Positions 10,213 through 20,244 of a DNA stretch of 64,000 bases are shown here, one piece after another. Source of the DNA: an uncultured Cytophagales bacterium. Lineage in GTDB: Bacteria; Bacteroidota; Bacteroidia; Cytophagales; Cyclobacteriaceae. The stretch spans positions 95,719 to 159,718 of the forward strand of contig CALOCZ010000028.1 in NCBI GenBank assembly GCA_942491935.1. Direction: 5' to 3'. Both the position numbers and the translations under genes were made by a program. Each line of letters begins with the position of its first letter. The stretch's first letter is position 1. The notes beneath the pieces were generated by a model. The model saw nothing but the letters and a program-made list of their open reading frames with translations. It had not been told where the DNA came from and made no database searches.

Positions 10213-11549
10213 TGAGTCTTCAGGATTTTATTGTCACTCCGGTATTGCTGATTCTGATCTATGTTCTCGCCATAGTAATACGAAGAAATGTGGCGGATAA
10301 ATTAACCAGAAAGTATTTTATTCCGGGTTTATCTTTAAAGATAATTGGTGCGATCAGTCTCGGTCTAATATATCAATTTTATTATGAGGGGGGGGATACC
10401 TTCAATTACTTTGACAAGGGATCAAAATATATCTGGGAAGCATTCTGGGACTCACCGGCCAAAGCTTTACAATTGATGTTTGCGAATGGCGAGTATAACC
10501 CGGAAACTTTTGAATACGCCTCTGAAATCATTTATTATAACGATCTGCCTTCTTATTTTGTAGTCCGGGTTGCCAGCTTTTTTGATTTATTTACATTTCA
10601 TACCTATTCCGCAACAGCTATATTATTTGCAGTATTTAGCTTCAGCGGATTATGGGCAATGTATATGGTATTTTATCGAATGTTGCCGAAGATGCATTTA
10701 CAATTGGCCATTGCTATATTTTTTATCCCTTCTGTCTTCTTCTGGGGTTCAGGTATTTTGAAGGATACAATAACCCTTGGGGCACTAGGTTGGGCCGTGT
10801 ATGCTTTTGCAGAGATCTTTATGTTTAAGAGGAATTTTCTATTGGGATCTGTTTTGCTGGGTTTTTCGTTTTTCATGATATATGAAATTAAGATATATAT
10901 TCTTTTATGTCTCGTCCCAGCTTTAATGATCTGGTTCTACATGGCAAAAATTGGTAAAATCAGAAACCTGGTTTTAAAGACAATGATCCTTCCATTTACA
11001 ATAGTATTGTTGGTTTTTGGTGGATATTATTCTGTCAAATTCATTGGCGAGGAAAATCACAGATATAAATTGGAAAGGCTTTCATATACAGCTGAATCAA
11101 CTGCCCGCTGGTTGAGTTATGTGAGCGAAAAACAGGAAGGGTCCGGGTATACCCTTGGAGATTTTGACTACTCGGCAAGTGGAATATTAAGAAAAACCCC
11201 TGCTGCCATTTGGGTTACACTTTTCCGGCCTTATTTATGGGAAGCTAAAAATCTTGTCATGTTTTTTGCAGCTGTTGAAAGTCTGTTGCTTTTAATTTTT
11301 ACTGTTGTCGTAATTGTAAATATTATTCTTAAAAAAAGAATTGCGGTTTTGTTTTCAAATCCAATAGTAGTTTTTTGCCTTATCTTCTCCATTACCTTTG
11401 CTTTTGCCATCGGATTGTCAACCTATAATTTCGGCACACTGGTAAGGTATAAAATTCCTATGATGCCGTTTTACCTAATAGCTATGTTCATTTTGTATTC
11501 CTATACAAAAAGACCCAGGAAATTTGTGGCATTTACTTCCAGTGAATAA
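10212..11549 (+). CDS. large polytopic membrane protein, possibly glycan polymerase/GT-C-like
   Basis: 445 aa with more than 10 predicted TM helices. Translationally coupled to the TPR gene and convergent with a GT4 gene. The functional call is by context only. Confidence 0.5.
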   Translation: MSLQDFIVTPVLLILIYVLAIVIRRNVADKLTRKYFIPGLSLKIIGAISLGLIYQFYYEGGDTFNYFDKGSKYIWEAFWDSPAKALQLMFANGEYNPETFEYASEIIYYNDLPSYFVVRVASFFDLFTFHTYSATAILFAVFSFSGLWAMYMVFYRMLPKMHLQLAIAIFFIPSVFFWGSGILKDTITLGALGWAVYAFAEIFMFKRNFLLGSVLLGFSFFMIYEIKIYILLCLVPALMIWFYMAKIGKIRNLVLKTMILPFTIVLLVFGGYYSVKFIGEENHRYKLERLSYTAESTARWLSYVSEKQEGSGYTLGDFDYSASGILRKTPAAIWVTLFRPYLWEAKNLVMFFAAVESLLLLIFTVVVIVNIILKKRIAVLFSNPIVVFCLIFSITFAFAIGLSTYNFGTLVRYKIPMMPFYLIAMFILYSYTKRPRKFVAFTSSE

Positions 11550-12580
11550 TTGCTGATCAGAGTATTTCGGCCATTTTTACCTATTCGGTCCCTTAATTCT
11601 CTTGAATTTATCAATAATTCTATACTCTCAATCCATGCTTCTTCATGGGCACACAAATATCCGTTATCTCCATGCTTTATTAAATTGGTATTGACACCTA
11701 CCGGGGAAGCGAGAGCGGGTATCCCCAATGCAAAGTATTGCAGAATCTTAAACCCACATTTGCCCTGAGTCCAGGGACTGGAAGGTAATGGCATCAATCC
11801 GATGTCGATACCTGCCAGGTCTTCTATTTCTGTAGATTTATTCCATGAGATAAACTCAAGGTTGGGCAAAGTCCAATCTGGGTTTTTATTACAAATAATT
11901 CGAATACTTATCTGTGGATGCTTTTTTATAACACTTTCAAGAACGGATTTTATTGAAGTCAGATAAGGTAAAGTAGAATGTGTTCCTGTCCAGCCCAGGA
12001 TCAACTTATATTCATTACTATTTTTTTTGATAGGATTCCATATTTCAGTATCAATGGTTGTTGGGATAATAAAAACCTGTGGATTCTTTTTCCTGGCATT
12101 GGTTGCAAGGTATTCATTACAACAACTGATCTTATAACTCCATTTGCATATTTTGAAAAATTTTTGATGATATTTCAACTTTGAAATGAAAATGTTTTCT
12201 TCCGAAGTGTTTTGCAGCCAGATGGCATCGTCAAAATCATAAATAATCTTTTTACCCATGATTTTTGCTATGATCCATTCAAAAACCGGAGGGCCAAGAG
12301 GAGTTATTTCCCTATGAATAAATACATAATCTGCCGATAGGGCATACAAGACATGTACGTTTCTCTTTAAAAATCCCCATATTATACCTGTTAGTTTTCG
12401 AGCGTATTTCTTTCGTAAATATAATATTTTGTAGGTCTTTTTATTGTAAAAAGATTTCTGACTGATCTTGAAATTATTCTTGTCAAGCACGCTAAAATAT
12501 TGTTCAAACCGGAAACGCTGAGAGGCAACTTCATCGTAGGGATATGGGGAAAGGAATAAGATCTTTATCTTTCTAGCCAA
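11501..12580 (-). CDS. glycosyltransferase family 4 (GT-B, group 1)
   Basis: 359 aa. The C-terminal half has the E..G.K.LEY.A.G.P pattern (GFKILQYFALGIPALASP). TTG start. Confidence 0.75.
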   Translation of the reverse strand: MARKIKILFLSPYPYDEVASQRFRFEQYFSVLDKNNFKISQKSFYNKKTYKILYLRKKYARKLTGIIWGFLKRNVHVLYALSADYVFIHREITPLGPPVFEWIIAKIMGKKIIYDFDDAIWLQNTSEENIFISKLKYHQKFFKICKWSYKISCCNEYLATNARKKNPQVFIIPTTIDTEIWNPIKKNSNEYKLILGWTGTHSTLPYLTSIKSVLESVIKKHPQISIRIICNKNPDWTLPNLEFISWNKSTEIEDLAGIDIGLMPLPSSPWTQGKCGFKILQYFALGIPALASPVGVNTNLIKHGDNGYLCAHEEAWIESIELLINSRELRDRIGKNGRNTLISNYSLEVNATNFLGLFV

Positions 12581-12771
12581 GGGTATTGAGTCAAGTTACT
12601 TTAAACATTCTATAGGGATTTATCGTGAATATAAATAAATAATTTGCATTAAATAATACATTGCTTCTGACAATATATTTTAAAAACAATTTATTCTCAG
12701 CTATGTATAAATCCTTTTAAAATGTTATCTTGTTTAAACGATCTAAGAATAAATAAAATAAATCACGAAGT

Positions 12772-13383
12772 ATGAAAGGACTATATCTTCTTACCTGTAT
12801 GCTGATGCCATTAATGGTTTGGGCACAGGATATGATCGTTTTACAAGATAAAAGCACAATCTCAGTTAGAATAGTACAGGAAGACAAGGAATCTGTTGAG
12901 TATATCCTCCAGGATGATCCGGATAAAAAAGTAAACAAACTGACAAAAGGCGAATTCAAGAAAGTTAAATATGAGAAAAAACCTAGTTCAACTAATTTGA
13001 TCAAGATCGTACATGATTCGCTTGTAAACGAATACTTTTTAAATGACGTGATCAATCAATTTATTGAAGCGGGTTATATGATCGAGTCTTTTGACAATAA
13101 ATATTATACTGTTAGTACAAATTCAGTTAATGAAGAAAGGTTCACAGCGGAAATTGTCAAGAATACTGCTAACTTTAGGTGTTTTTATCTTCCCCAGGAA
13201 ACTGAAGATTATCCCCCAAATGCTGCTGCAAGAGTTGTATGGGGCATAAAGCCAGAACCTGGTGAACAAGTTGGGACACAAGGCAGTGCCGCCTTTAAGA
13301 AACTTGATGCCTTTTGCAGGGCTTATCTGAAGAATGGCAAATGTTTTATGGAATATATTACAGAACCTGACATCCAACCCTGA
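12772..13383 (+). CDS. secreted hypothetical protein
   Basis: 203 aa with a signal peptide MKGLYLLTCMLMPLMVWAQ. Confidence 0.5.
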   Translation: MKGLYLLTCMLMPLMVWAQDMIVLQDKSTISVRIVQEDKESVEYILQDDPDKKVNKLTKGEFKKVKYEKKPSSTNLIKIVHDSLVNEYFLNDVINQFIEAGYMIESFDNKYYTVSTNSVNEERFTAEIVKNTANFRCFYLPQETEDYPPNAAARVVWGIKPEPGEQVGTQGSAAFKKLDAFCRAYLKNGKCFMEYITEPDIQP

Positions 13384-13523
13384 TAGTTGAGCCTTTGATA
13401 CTGCAATAAACATCTGCAACGATCAATCAATCTTGTAGGATGTAACAAATGCCCCAAAGAAAAACATGTTCTCCTTCAGGGCTTTCTGTCTGTAATTTGG
13501 TAATAGATGATATCTTAAGAATG

Positions 13524-14441
13524 CTAGACGTATCCCCATTGATTTATAATGTCAAGGTCTTCTTTCATACAATCCAATGGACTTTTCCCCTGATATGATT
13601 CCTGTTCTATGATAAATAACCAGGTTCCCTGATCTCTACTCATATCTGTAACTTCTTTTGTGCCAATCAGGCCTTTACCTATAATAGTACTCTCAAATCC
13701 ATGTCCTTCTTCAGATTCACTTTCTATCATATCTTTAACATGGATGGTCTCAAAGCGACCAGGATATTTCATGATAATATCCTTGGCTTTCGCTCCGGCT
13801 ATATACATGTTTCCCACATCCAACTGAATGCCAACTTTATCAGGATCAGTATTCTCTAACATAAGATCAAACATTACTTCTCCATTAAGTATTTCACTGA
13901 ATTCAAAATCATGGTTGTGATATCCGAATTTCATCCCCGACTGCTGACATAATTCTCCGCATTTGTTGAAAACCTCCAGAAATCCCATTAAAGCATCATA
14001 GGAGCTCCAGTAACTTTCATCCAACCATGGACTCACAACAAATTTTTGTTCCATGGTAGCTGCATCTTCAACAGTATATTTCCACTCATCTGTAAAATCA
14101 TTCTTGTTTGCATCCCAATGTTTTTTTCCAAGAACTGTATGTCCGCTTGGCATTTTTAAACCCAGGTCTGCAAGTACATTTTTAAATTCAGGTGCAGTAT
14201 ATCCATAGAATTTACGGTCTTCATAGTTCGCATGTTCTACATGTTTGTATCCCATTTCTGCCAGTTTTGTAAGAGTTCCCAATGGATCGCTCTGCATGTC
14301 TTCTCTTACACAATATAATTGTACGGCTACAACTTCTTTAGCTTGTGCCGAGCCGCAGGAGAACAAAGAATTGGTCAATACCGAAGTTCCTGCCACAGTA
14401 AGCGCACTTCGCTTCAAAAAATCTCTTCTTGATGTATTCAT
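13524..14441 (-). CDS. Tat-exported sugar phosphate isomerase/epimerase (xylose-isomerase-like TIM barrel)
   Basis: 305 aa with a twin-arginine leader SRRDFLK and a TIM-barrel family pattern (FGYHNHDFEF, HVKD). Confidence 0.75.
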   Translation of the reverse strand: MNTSRRDFLKRSALTVAGTSVLTNSLFSCGSAQAKEVVAVQLYCVREDMQSDPLGTLTKLAEMGYKHVEHANYEDRKFYGYTAPEFKNVLADLGLKMPSGHTVLGKKHWDANKNDFTDEWKYTVEDAATMEQKFVVSPWLDESYWSSYDALMGFLEVFNKCGELCQQSGMKFGYHNHDFEFSEILNGEVMFDLMLENTDPDKVGIQLDVGNMYIAGAKAKDIIMKYPGRFETIHVKDMIESESEEGHGFESTIIGKGLIGTKEVTDMSRDQGTWLFIIEQESYQGKSPLDCMKEDLDIINQWGYV

Positions 14442-14687
14442 TATTAGTGTGATTAATGGTAAAAAATTTCCTCTTATAAAAAATATTTTGATAATCGAGG
14501 ATTGAATTTATAAAAAGAATATGAAGAATGTTAGCAAAATGTAGAAATTCCCACTAAAGCAGTTTTGATTTTATTTAGACTACTGATAAAATTTTGCTTT
14601 GATATTAAACCCCTCCAGATTGTAAATATGTTTTTTTTGATATCTTGTCAGGTTTTTCACCAATAAACTACACTTAAAACTACAATA

Positions 14688-14864
14688 ATGGAAGGTTATA
14701 AAGAACCCCTTTTTACATCCGTCGAGGTGACCAAACGCATTGTTTCAATTGATATCCTGAGAGGAATAGCCGTTTTTGGAATTCTTCTAATGAATATAGC
14801 AGGAATGGGCTTGCCTCCGCCAGCTTATGGAGATCCATCCATTGCAGGTGGGGCAGAAGGCTGA
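14688..14864 (+). pseudogene. N-terminal remnant of a DUF418/YeiB-type membrane protein
   Basis: 58-codon ORF below the track cutoff: MEGYKEPLFTSVEVTKRIVSIDILRGIAVFGILLMNIAGMGLPPPAYGDPS... It matches only the first TM segment motif (DILRG..FGIL..N) and then stops. I could not follow a continuation in any frame. Confidence 0.4.
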
Positions 14865-15074
14865 AATGAGGAACATTATTACTATGCCTGATGATTTCCT
14901 GAATGCGGTCCATTCCATCTCCTGGTAAAACATGATAGAGAATAGCAGAAATGAAATTACTGGTGGAAAGAATAGAACAAAAAATAAAAAGTAAAAAATC
15001 ATATGTGAATCAGCACCTTTCTAAATAAAATGAAAGATACAAATTTTATTAAAGAGAGCTTCTGTTTTTCAGAT

Positions 15075-16472
15075 TCAGGGTTCCGGCCAGAATCGTAACA
15101 TCATCACTCCATGTGGTGCCACTTGAGTTGCGAATGAATGGTTATAAGTGCCGATTTCCTCCTGTCTCCATAAATCGCGAATGATATTTTTTCCAGAGAT
15201 AATCAGTTCATCCCAGCTAATGGCTAAAGAAGATTCTTCATCTTTTAAATTGAATAGTCCTACAGCAATTGAACCATCTTCCAATTCCTTAGCAAGTACA
15301 AATTCGGTTTCAGACTTACGAATAATTTTAGCTTGTTTACCAAGGGGGTCCTGGTTCACTTCAATAACTTCATGATTACAGAGTACATTCAGTGTAAAAG
15401 GATCAAGCTTCGCCATATCTCCACTGAAGATCAAAGGTGCGGCCATCAGGCTCCACATTGACATATAGGAATATTGTTCATAGGGTGTAAGGTCAGTTGG
15501 TGTACCTTCGGCCATATTGTGAGCATCGCCCACCCATCCAATTAAAATATAGTCCGGATCATTCCATCCACCAGGTTTTGCATAAGCCCAATGTTCAGCA
15601 TTCCTCATGCCAATCGAATAAAAGCCAGGTAGTCCTTTACGCTCTTCGAGTCCCAGGTCTCCGGTTGTCCGCCAGCAATTGCCTACTTCAGCACCCCATT
15701 TCCAGACATCTCCCATACCGTATTGGCAAAGATTTAATACGATATCCCGGTCAAGAGTGGTCAGTATATTCCACATCTTCTGATATGGTTTTTTAAGATG
15801 CTCAAGTGTTTTGCCACCTGCTTTTTTCCTGTAACTGCACCAGTCATATTTAAGGAAATCAAATCCCCAGTCAGCGAAAGTTTCCGCATCAAGTTGCTCA
15901 CGGTTATAGCTTCCTTCATAGCCAGCACAGGTACTTGGACCAGGAGAAATATAAATTCCTGCTTTCAATCCTTTTGAATGGATATAGTCTGTCATTGAAT
16001 TCATGTCGGGGAACCTTGCATTGGTTTTTATAGTACCATCTTTTTCCCGCGTTTCCCCACCTATTTCCTGATCTTTGGAATTCACTTTTATCATCCAGCA
16101 ATCATCGATATTCACATATTGATATCCGTAATCTGCCATCCCCGCTGCGATCATCTGATCAGCAGCCTGTCGCATTAATTTATCACTTATCCTGTCATAG
16201 TGTATATACCAGCTATTCCAGCCCATTGGTGGGGTCAGGGCAAGTTTATCACCTACTATTATTTTTAGATCCCTGCAAAAATCTCCCTTTGCATTTTTAG
16301 CGCATATTTCCAATTCATAGGTTCCCGCCTCAGGAATATTACCTGTAATAATTCCTTTTTCGCTATCAAGTGTTAAGCCTTCAGGAAGGTTGTTAATATT
16401 GAACATTATGGGGCGTTCACCTGTACACGGAATCCTGTAGATTACTGGATTTCCCGGCCTCACGCCATACAC
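15075..16472 (-). CDS. alpha-galactosidase, glycoside hydrolase family 27, with N-terminal Ig-like domain
   Basis: Contains PPMGWNSW, YVNIDDCW and LKYDWC motifs. The ORF as tracked begins at GTG. The 138 nt upstream (to the ATG at 16610) encode a broken signal peptide (see findings). Confidence 0.85.
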   Translation of the reverse strand: MYGVRPGNPVIYRIPCTGERPIMFNINNLPEGLTLDSEKGIITGNIPEAGTYELEICAKNAKGDFCRDLKIIVGDKLALTPPMGWNSWYIHYDRISDKLMRQAADQMIAAGMADYGYQYVNIDDCWMIKVNSKDQEIGGETREKDGTIKTNARFPDMNSMTDYIHSKGLKAGIYISPGPSTCAGYEGSYNREQLDAETFADWGFDFLKYDWCSYRKKAGGKTLEHLKKPYQKMWNILTTLDRDIVLNLCQYGMGDVWKWGAEVGNCWRTTGDLGLEERKGLPGFYSIGMRNAEHWAYAKPGGWNDPDYILIGWVGDAHNMAEGTPTDLTPYEQYSYMSMWSLMAAPLIFSGDMAKLDPFTLNVLCNHEVIEVNQDPLGKQAKIIRKSETEFVLAKELEDGSIAVGLFNLKDEESSLAISWDELIISGKNIIRDLWRQEEIGTYNHSFATQVAPHGVMMLRFWPEP

Positions 16473-17109
16473 CTTCGGCCCATTTATCCTTGGTGATGGA
16501 GATGGGGCAGGAGTTAGGATGTAAGCAGTATAATAATTTTGTATCGATTCCTGAGAAAAACAACGCAGAATTTAAAATCATTACAAAAAAATAATCAGGT
16601 AGTATTTCATAAGAATAAAAATGGTCAATTACTGATCATATAAAATTAAGATTATTTTCTAGAATGCCCGTTTTTGTTCCGTTTTTTTATCCCTAACATC
16701 ATGCCTGCTTAAGGTTCTGTAGTTTTAAGTGTCAAGTAAATAGCAAATTTGAACATCAGAAGGTTCCCATAAGTTTGTATTGTTTTTTAGCCCACAAATA
16801 ATTTTTTAAAAAGAATTAAATATTAATATTTAGGAGAAAATTTTAAAAAAAATGCCTTAGCAACTCTGTTGGATATTTTTAAAATAATAGCTTCATTGTA
16901 ACAGCTATCCTGGTATATAATAAAATTCGAAAATTATCGTAAATATTTAAGTTAAACCAACAATAAAAGCTATGAAACCAGATATGAAACCGTTTCAGCA
17001 TCAGACTATAATATTACTAAACTCACAAAAGACGAATTGTGGTATGTGTATGAAAATGGTAGTGATATGCACGAATTTCATTTCATTCCAAGATTAGATT
17101 ATATAGTTC

Positions 17110-17141
17110 AAAAAAAGCACAGGAAAATGAACTCCTGTGCT
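17110..17141 (-). terminator. Rho-independent terminator of the repeat lipoprotein gene
   Basis: Stem GCACAGGA (17117-17124) pairs with TCCTGTGC (17133-17140). On the minus strand it is followed by T7 (A-run 17110-17116). Confidence 0.6.
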
Positions 17142-17167
17142 TTCTTTGAATTCAAACTATATTTCTG

Positions 17168-18772
17168 TTACAAAGCAGCTTGTGTATCGCTATTAATAAT
17201 TGGCCAAATTCCCGGCACAGGTACACTAACTCCTTTTGTTTCTCCCCTGTTTTGATCCTGGCCGAAATAATACACCGGCCATCCTTTAAAGGTAAGTTGC
17301 TTTTCGCCATACACCATTATTTCACCAAAATCCTCAATATTCATTCCTGATGGAACATTTGATATCTCAGTATAAAATATGGGCCATACGCTGTTGTTAC
17401 TGAAATCCGGAGCAGTAAAGTTATTCGTATCTTTTGAATCATTTACCCATATATACAATGTTCTACCCATGGAATCGACGAAATACTTTGTGATCTCATC
17501 TCCCTCATTATAATCACTGGTATAATTTTTCTCATCATTCCCAATCAATTGATCGTCGGCGATCATTAGGCTGTAATCAGGCTTTGCAATAAACCAAACA
17601 CTGTTTACTCCTTCACCCGACGTTTCCCCCGGATCCTCTACCATACCATCACCAGCTGGGGAATAATAGTACAAAGGCCATCCTTTGTATGTATTTTGTT
17701 TAGTTACACCATCCGATAAAGTAATGGTCCCAAAATCAGATTTCTCCAAAATGCTTCCTTCTTTAAGGATGATCTCTTCCTCATAGAAAATGGGCCAGAA
17801 TGATTCACATGTACCGGAACAGTGGTTTTCCCCGTTAACATCCCGAGTAAAGAAATACAAAGACCTTCCCTGCGCATCGACCAGAATATTTCCGAGCACT
17901 TCATCTTCCGACAAATTTACAGTGGGTGCTAATGATGCAGAATTCGTATTCAGGTTTACAATTGGCCAGATCCCTGGAGCTGGTACACTTACCCCTTTTG
18001 TTTCTCCCCGATCTTCATCCTGGCCGAAATAATACAAAGGCCATCCCTTGTATGTAAGTTGCATTTCACCGAAAACATCGATCTCTCCAAAATCGGATGC
18101 ATTTAAGGAACTGGGTAATGCCTTTAATTCATCATGAAAGATCGGCCAAACACCATCATTGCTAAAATCAGGCGCTGTAAAATTATTCTGATCCTTAAAG
18201 TCTTTTATGAATGCATAAAGTGTCCTTCCCTCTCCATCGACAAAAAACTGAGAAATACCATCGCCTTCTGTATAATCATCTTTGTAATTTTTTCCATCCA
18301 GTCCTTTCAATTGTGCGTTTGACAGCATTACTGAGTATTCCTTGGCCAGAAACCAAACACCGTTTACTCCATCTCCTGAAGTAGAGCCAGGGGCTTCCAG
18401 ATTTCCATCTCCGGCGGGAGAATAATAGTATAGTGGCCAGCCAAGATAGGTGATCTGTTTTGCCCCGTCGGGTAGCGTAATTTCTCCGAAATCCTCTGAG
18501 CTGAGGCCGGGACCAAGATTTACATTCTCTTCGTAGAATACTGGCCAGAGATCCAGACAGTTACCCGAACAATTGTTTAATCCATTCACATCCAGTGTGA
18601 ATATATACAAACTCTGGTTGTTCCCATCCGCAAGGTAATCACCTGAGGTTTTATTGATACTGGCAGGATCAGGCGGGTCTGCGCTTTCATCATTGTTGCA
18701 ACCACCTAAGATAATAATCCCAAAAAATACGGGTAAGATCTTAGTCTGAAGTGGTATGATCCATCTTTTCAT
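17168..18772 (-). CDS. lipoprotein built from 'secreted repeat of unknown function' (COG4315-type) modules
   Basis: 534 aa with lipobox ILGGC. Four GWP(L/V)YY(Y/F) motifs and two CSG(N/T)C...WP(V/I)FY segments. The two halves are clearly paralogous. Confidence 0.7.
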   Translation of the reverse strand: MKRWIIPLQTKILPVFFGIIILGGCNNDESADPPDPASINKTSGDYLADGNNQSLYIFTLDVNGLNNCSGNCLDLWPVFYEENVNLGPGLSSEDFGEITLPDGAKQITYLGWPLYYYSPAGDGNLEAPGSTSGDGVNGVWFLAKEYSVMLSNAQLKGLDGKNYKDDYTEGDGISQFFVDGEGRTLYAFIKDFKDQNNFTAPDFSNDGVWPIFHDELKALPSSLNASDFGEIDVFGEMQLTYKGWPLYYFGQDEDRGETKGVSVPAPGIWPIVNLNTNSASLAPTVNLSEDEVLGNILVDAQGRSLYFFTRDVNGENHCSGTCESFWPIFYEEEIILKEGSILEKSDFGTITLSDGVTKQNTYKGWPLYYYSPAGDGMVEDPGETSGEGVNSVWFIAKPDYSLMIADDQLIGNDEKNYTSDYNEGDEITKYFVDSMGRTLYIWVNDSKDTNNFTAPDFSNNSVWPIFYTEISNVPSGMNIEDFGEIMVYGEKQLTFKGWPVYYFGQDQNRGETKGVSVPVPGIWPIINSDTQAAL

Positions 18773-19218
18773 AATAGTAAAGTTTAGGTTATAATATATT
18801 TAAAATATTTTCCAGAAGAAGATCTGGTAATCATAGAGAAAAACAACCGGAGATGTATCCATTCCAGATTATCCGGCTACTCCCAATACAAGTGATCTCC
18901 TGAAAAGGTTGCCTTATCTGAAAATTTCGAGTGAAATCTGGGTCGGCTCTGTTTATTCAATCTGATTGACTTTTTAATTTTTTTAACACCCCCGGAGATC
19001 AGTGATTGGACAGTGCGTAAGATTTAAGGGGCAAATAAAATTTACATCATTTTGAGTTGGTTTGTAAATGAAAAGTAGTGCTGCATTCCTTTTTATAGCT
19101 AGTAAAATATCAGCAAGATATATTTTTGGATTTCAATAACCGGATTTAAAACTTCAGCGTTCACCTGATTTTTTCCAAGCAATCTATTAACTTAGATATA
19201 TGTTAAAGTAAAAAAGTA

Positions 19219-19848
19219 ATGATGATTGATAAATCAAAAATGTCACATCTTCTTCCGCATCTAAGCGATGATCTGATTGCAGAAATAGAATCAGTGGCAA
19301 TATTCAAAAAGATACCCTCCGGATCAACAATACTTAGGGCGGGGCAATATGTAAAAGTAATTCCCATCGTGACCGAAGGGCTAATAAAGGTATTTTCGAG
19401 GCACGAAGATAAAGATCTTCTCTTGTATTATATACAGCCCAATGAATCCTGTATAATGTCATTTTCTGCAAGCCTCAAGAATGAACCCAGTCGTGTTTAC
19501 GCCATTACCGAGGAAGACACTTCGGCAATACTCCTTCCGGTTGAGAAAATTGACAGTTGGATCCGTCAATTTCCGGATTTCAATTCAATCTTTTTTCAGT
19601 TGTATAATTTAAGATACAGCGAATTACTGGAAACGATAAGCGATCTACTATTCAACAAGATGGACCAGCGATTGTACGATTATATGAAGAAAAAACATCA
19701 ATTAACTGGTAAAAATCCACTGAAAATATCTCATCGCCAAATCGCCAATGATATGGGAACTGCCAGGGAAGTGATCAGCAGGGTTATGAAAAAATTGGAA
19801 GGAGAAGGTAAGGTCAGACAACATACCAGCAGCATAGAAATTTTGTAG
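19219..19848 (+). CDS. Crp/Fnr-family transcriptional regulator
   Basis: 209 aa with an N-terminal cNMP-binding-like beta-roll and a C-terminal HTH (SHRQIANDMGTAREVISRVMKKLEGEG). Confidence 0.85.
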   Translation: MMIDKSKMSHLLPHLSDDLIAEIESVAIFKKIPSGSTILRAGQYVKVIPIVTEGLIKVFSRHEDKDLLLYYIQPNESCIMSFSASLKNEPSRVYAITEEDTSAILLPVEKIDSWIRQFPDFNSIFFQLYNLRYSELLETISDLLFNKMDQRLYDYMKKKHQLTGKNPLKISHRQIANDMGTAREVISRVMKKLEGEGKVRQHTSSIEIL

Positions 19849-20012
19849 TTGTGACTTCAGTCACTGTTTGCTAAAAATCCCTGTTCCATCTTTGTAGAAC
19901 TATGGATGGTAAAAAAGCAATAAAATTAGTTTCGGTGTGTGTTTTATGCATCGGAATAATTACAGCCATAGTCATTCTTATTCATTATTTATTAACATAA
20001 AAAAAAAGAAAG

Positions 20013-20219
20013 ATGAAGAAAAACATGGGAAATGCAGACAGGATTATCAGAGTGATAATCGCCGTTATCGTTGCAGTACTTTATTTTACAAACGTAATTA
20101 CAGGTACTTTAGGCATTGTACTGCTTGCTCTTGCAGGAGTTTTTGTGCTGACCAGCCTTATGAGTTTTTGTCCATTGTATACACCATTTGGCTTGAGCAC
20201 ATGTAAAGTAAAAGAGTGA
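20013..20219 (+). CDS. DUF2892 (YgaP-like) small membrane protein
   Basis: 68 aa with the GNADRIIRVIIAV start, two TM helices and a C-terminal CPLY motif. Confidence 0.7.
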   Translation: MKKNMGNADRIIRVIIAVIVAVLYFTNVITGTLGIVLLALAGVFVLTSLMSFCPLYTPFGLSTCKVKE

Positions 20220-20244
20220 TATAAACACTATAATCCAGACAACA

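Noticed and set aside
11501-11549. 49-bp overlap of the 3' ends of the convergent membrane-protein and GT4 genes.
   Set aside because: Both C-termini look plausible and no hairpin or other signal is present. It is probably just compact gene packing or a slightly mis-set stop context, and I did not pursue it.
19937-20206. 89-aa ORF overlapping the DUF2892 gene in another frame.
   Set aside because: The DUF2892 frame has the family-typical N-terminus, two TM helices and the CPLY motif. The alternative frame is Arg/Cys/Tyr-rich nonsense.
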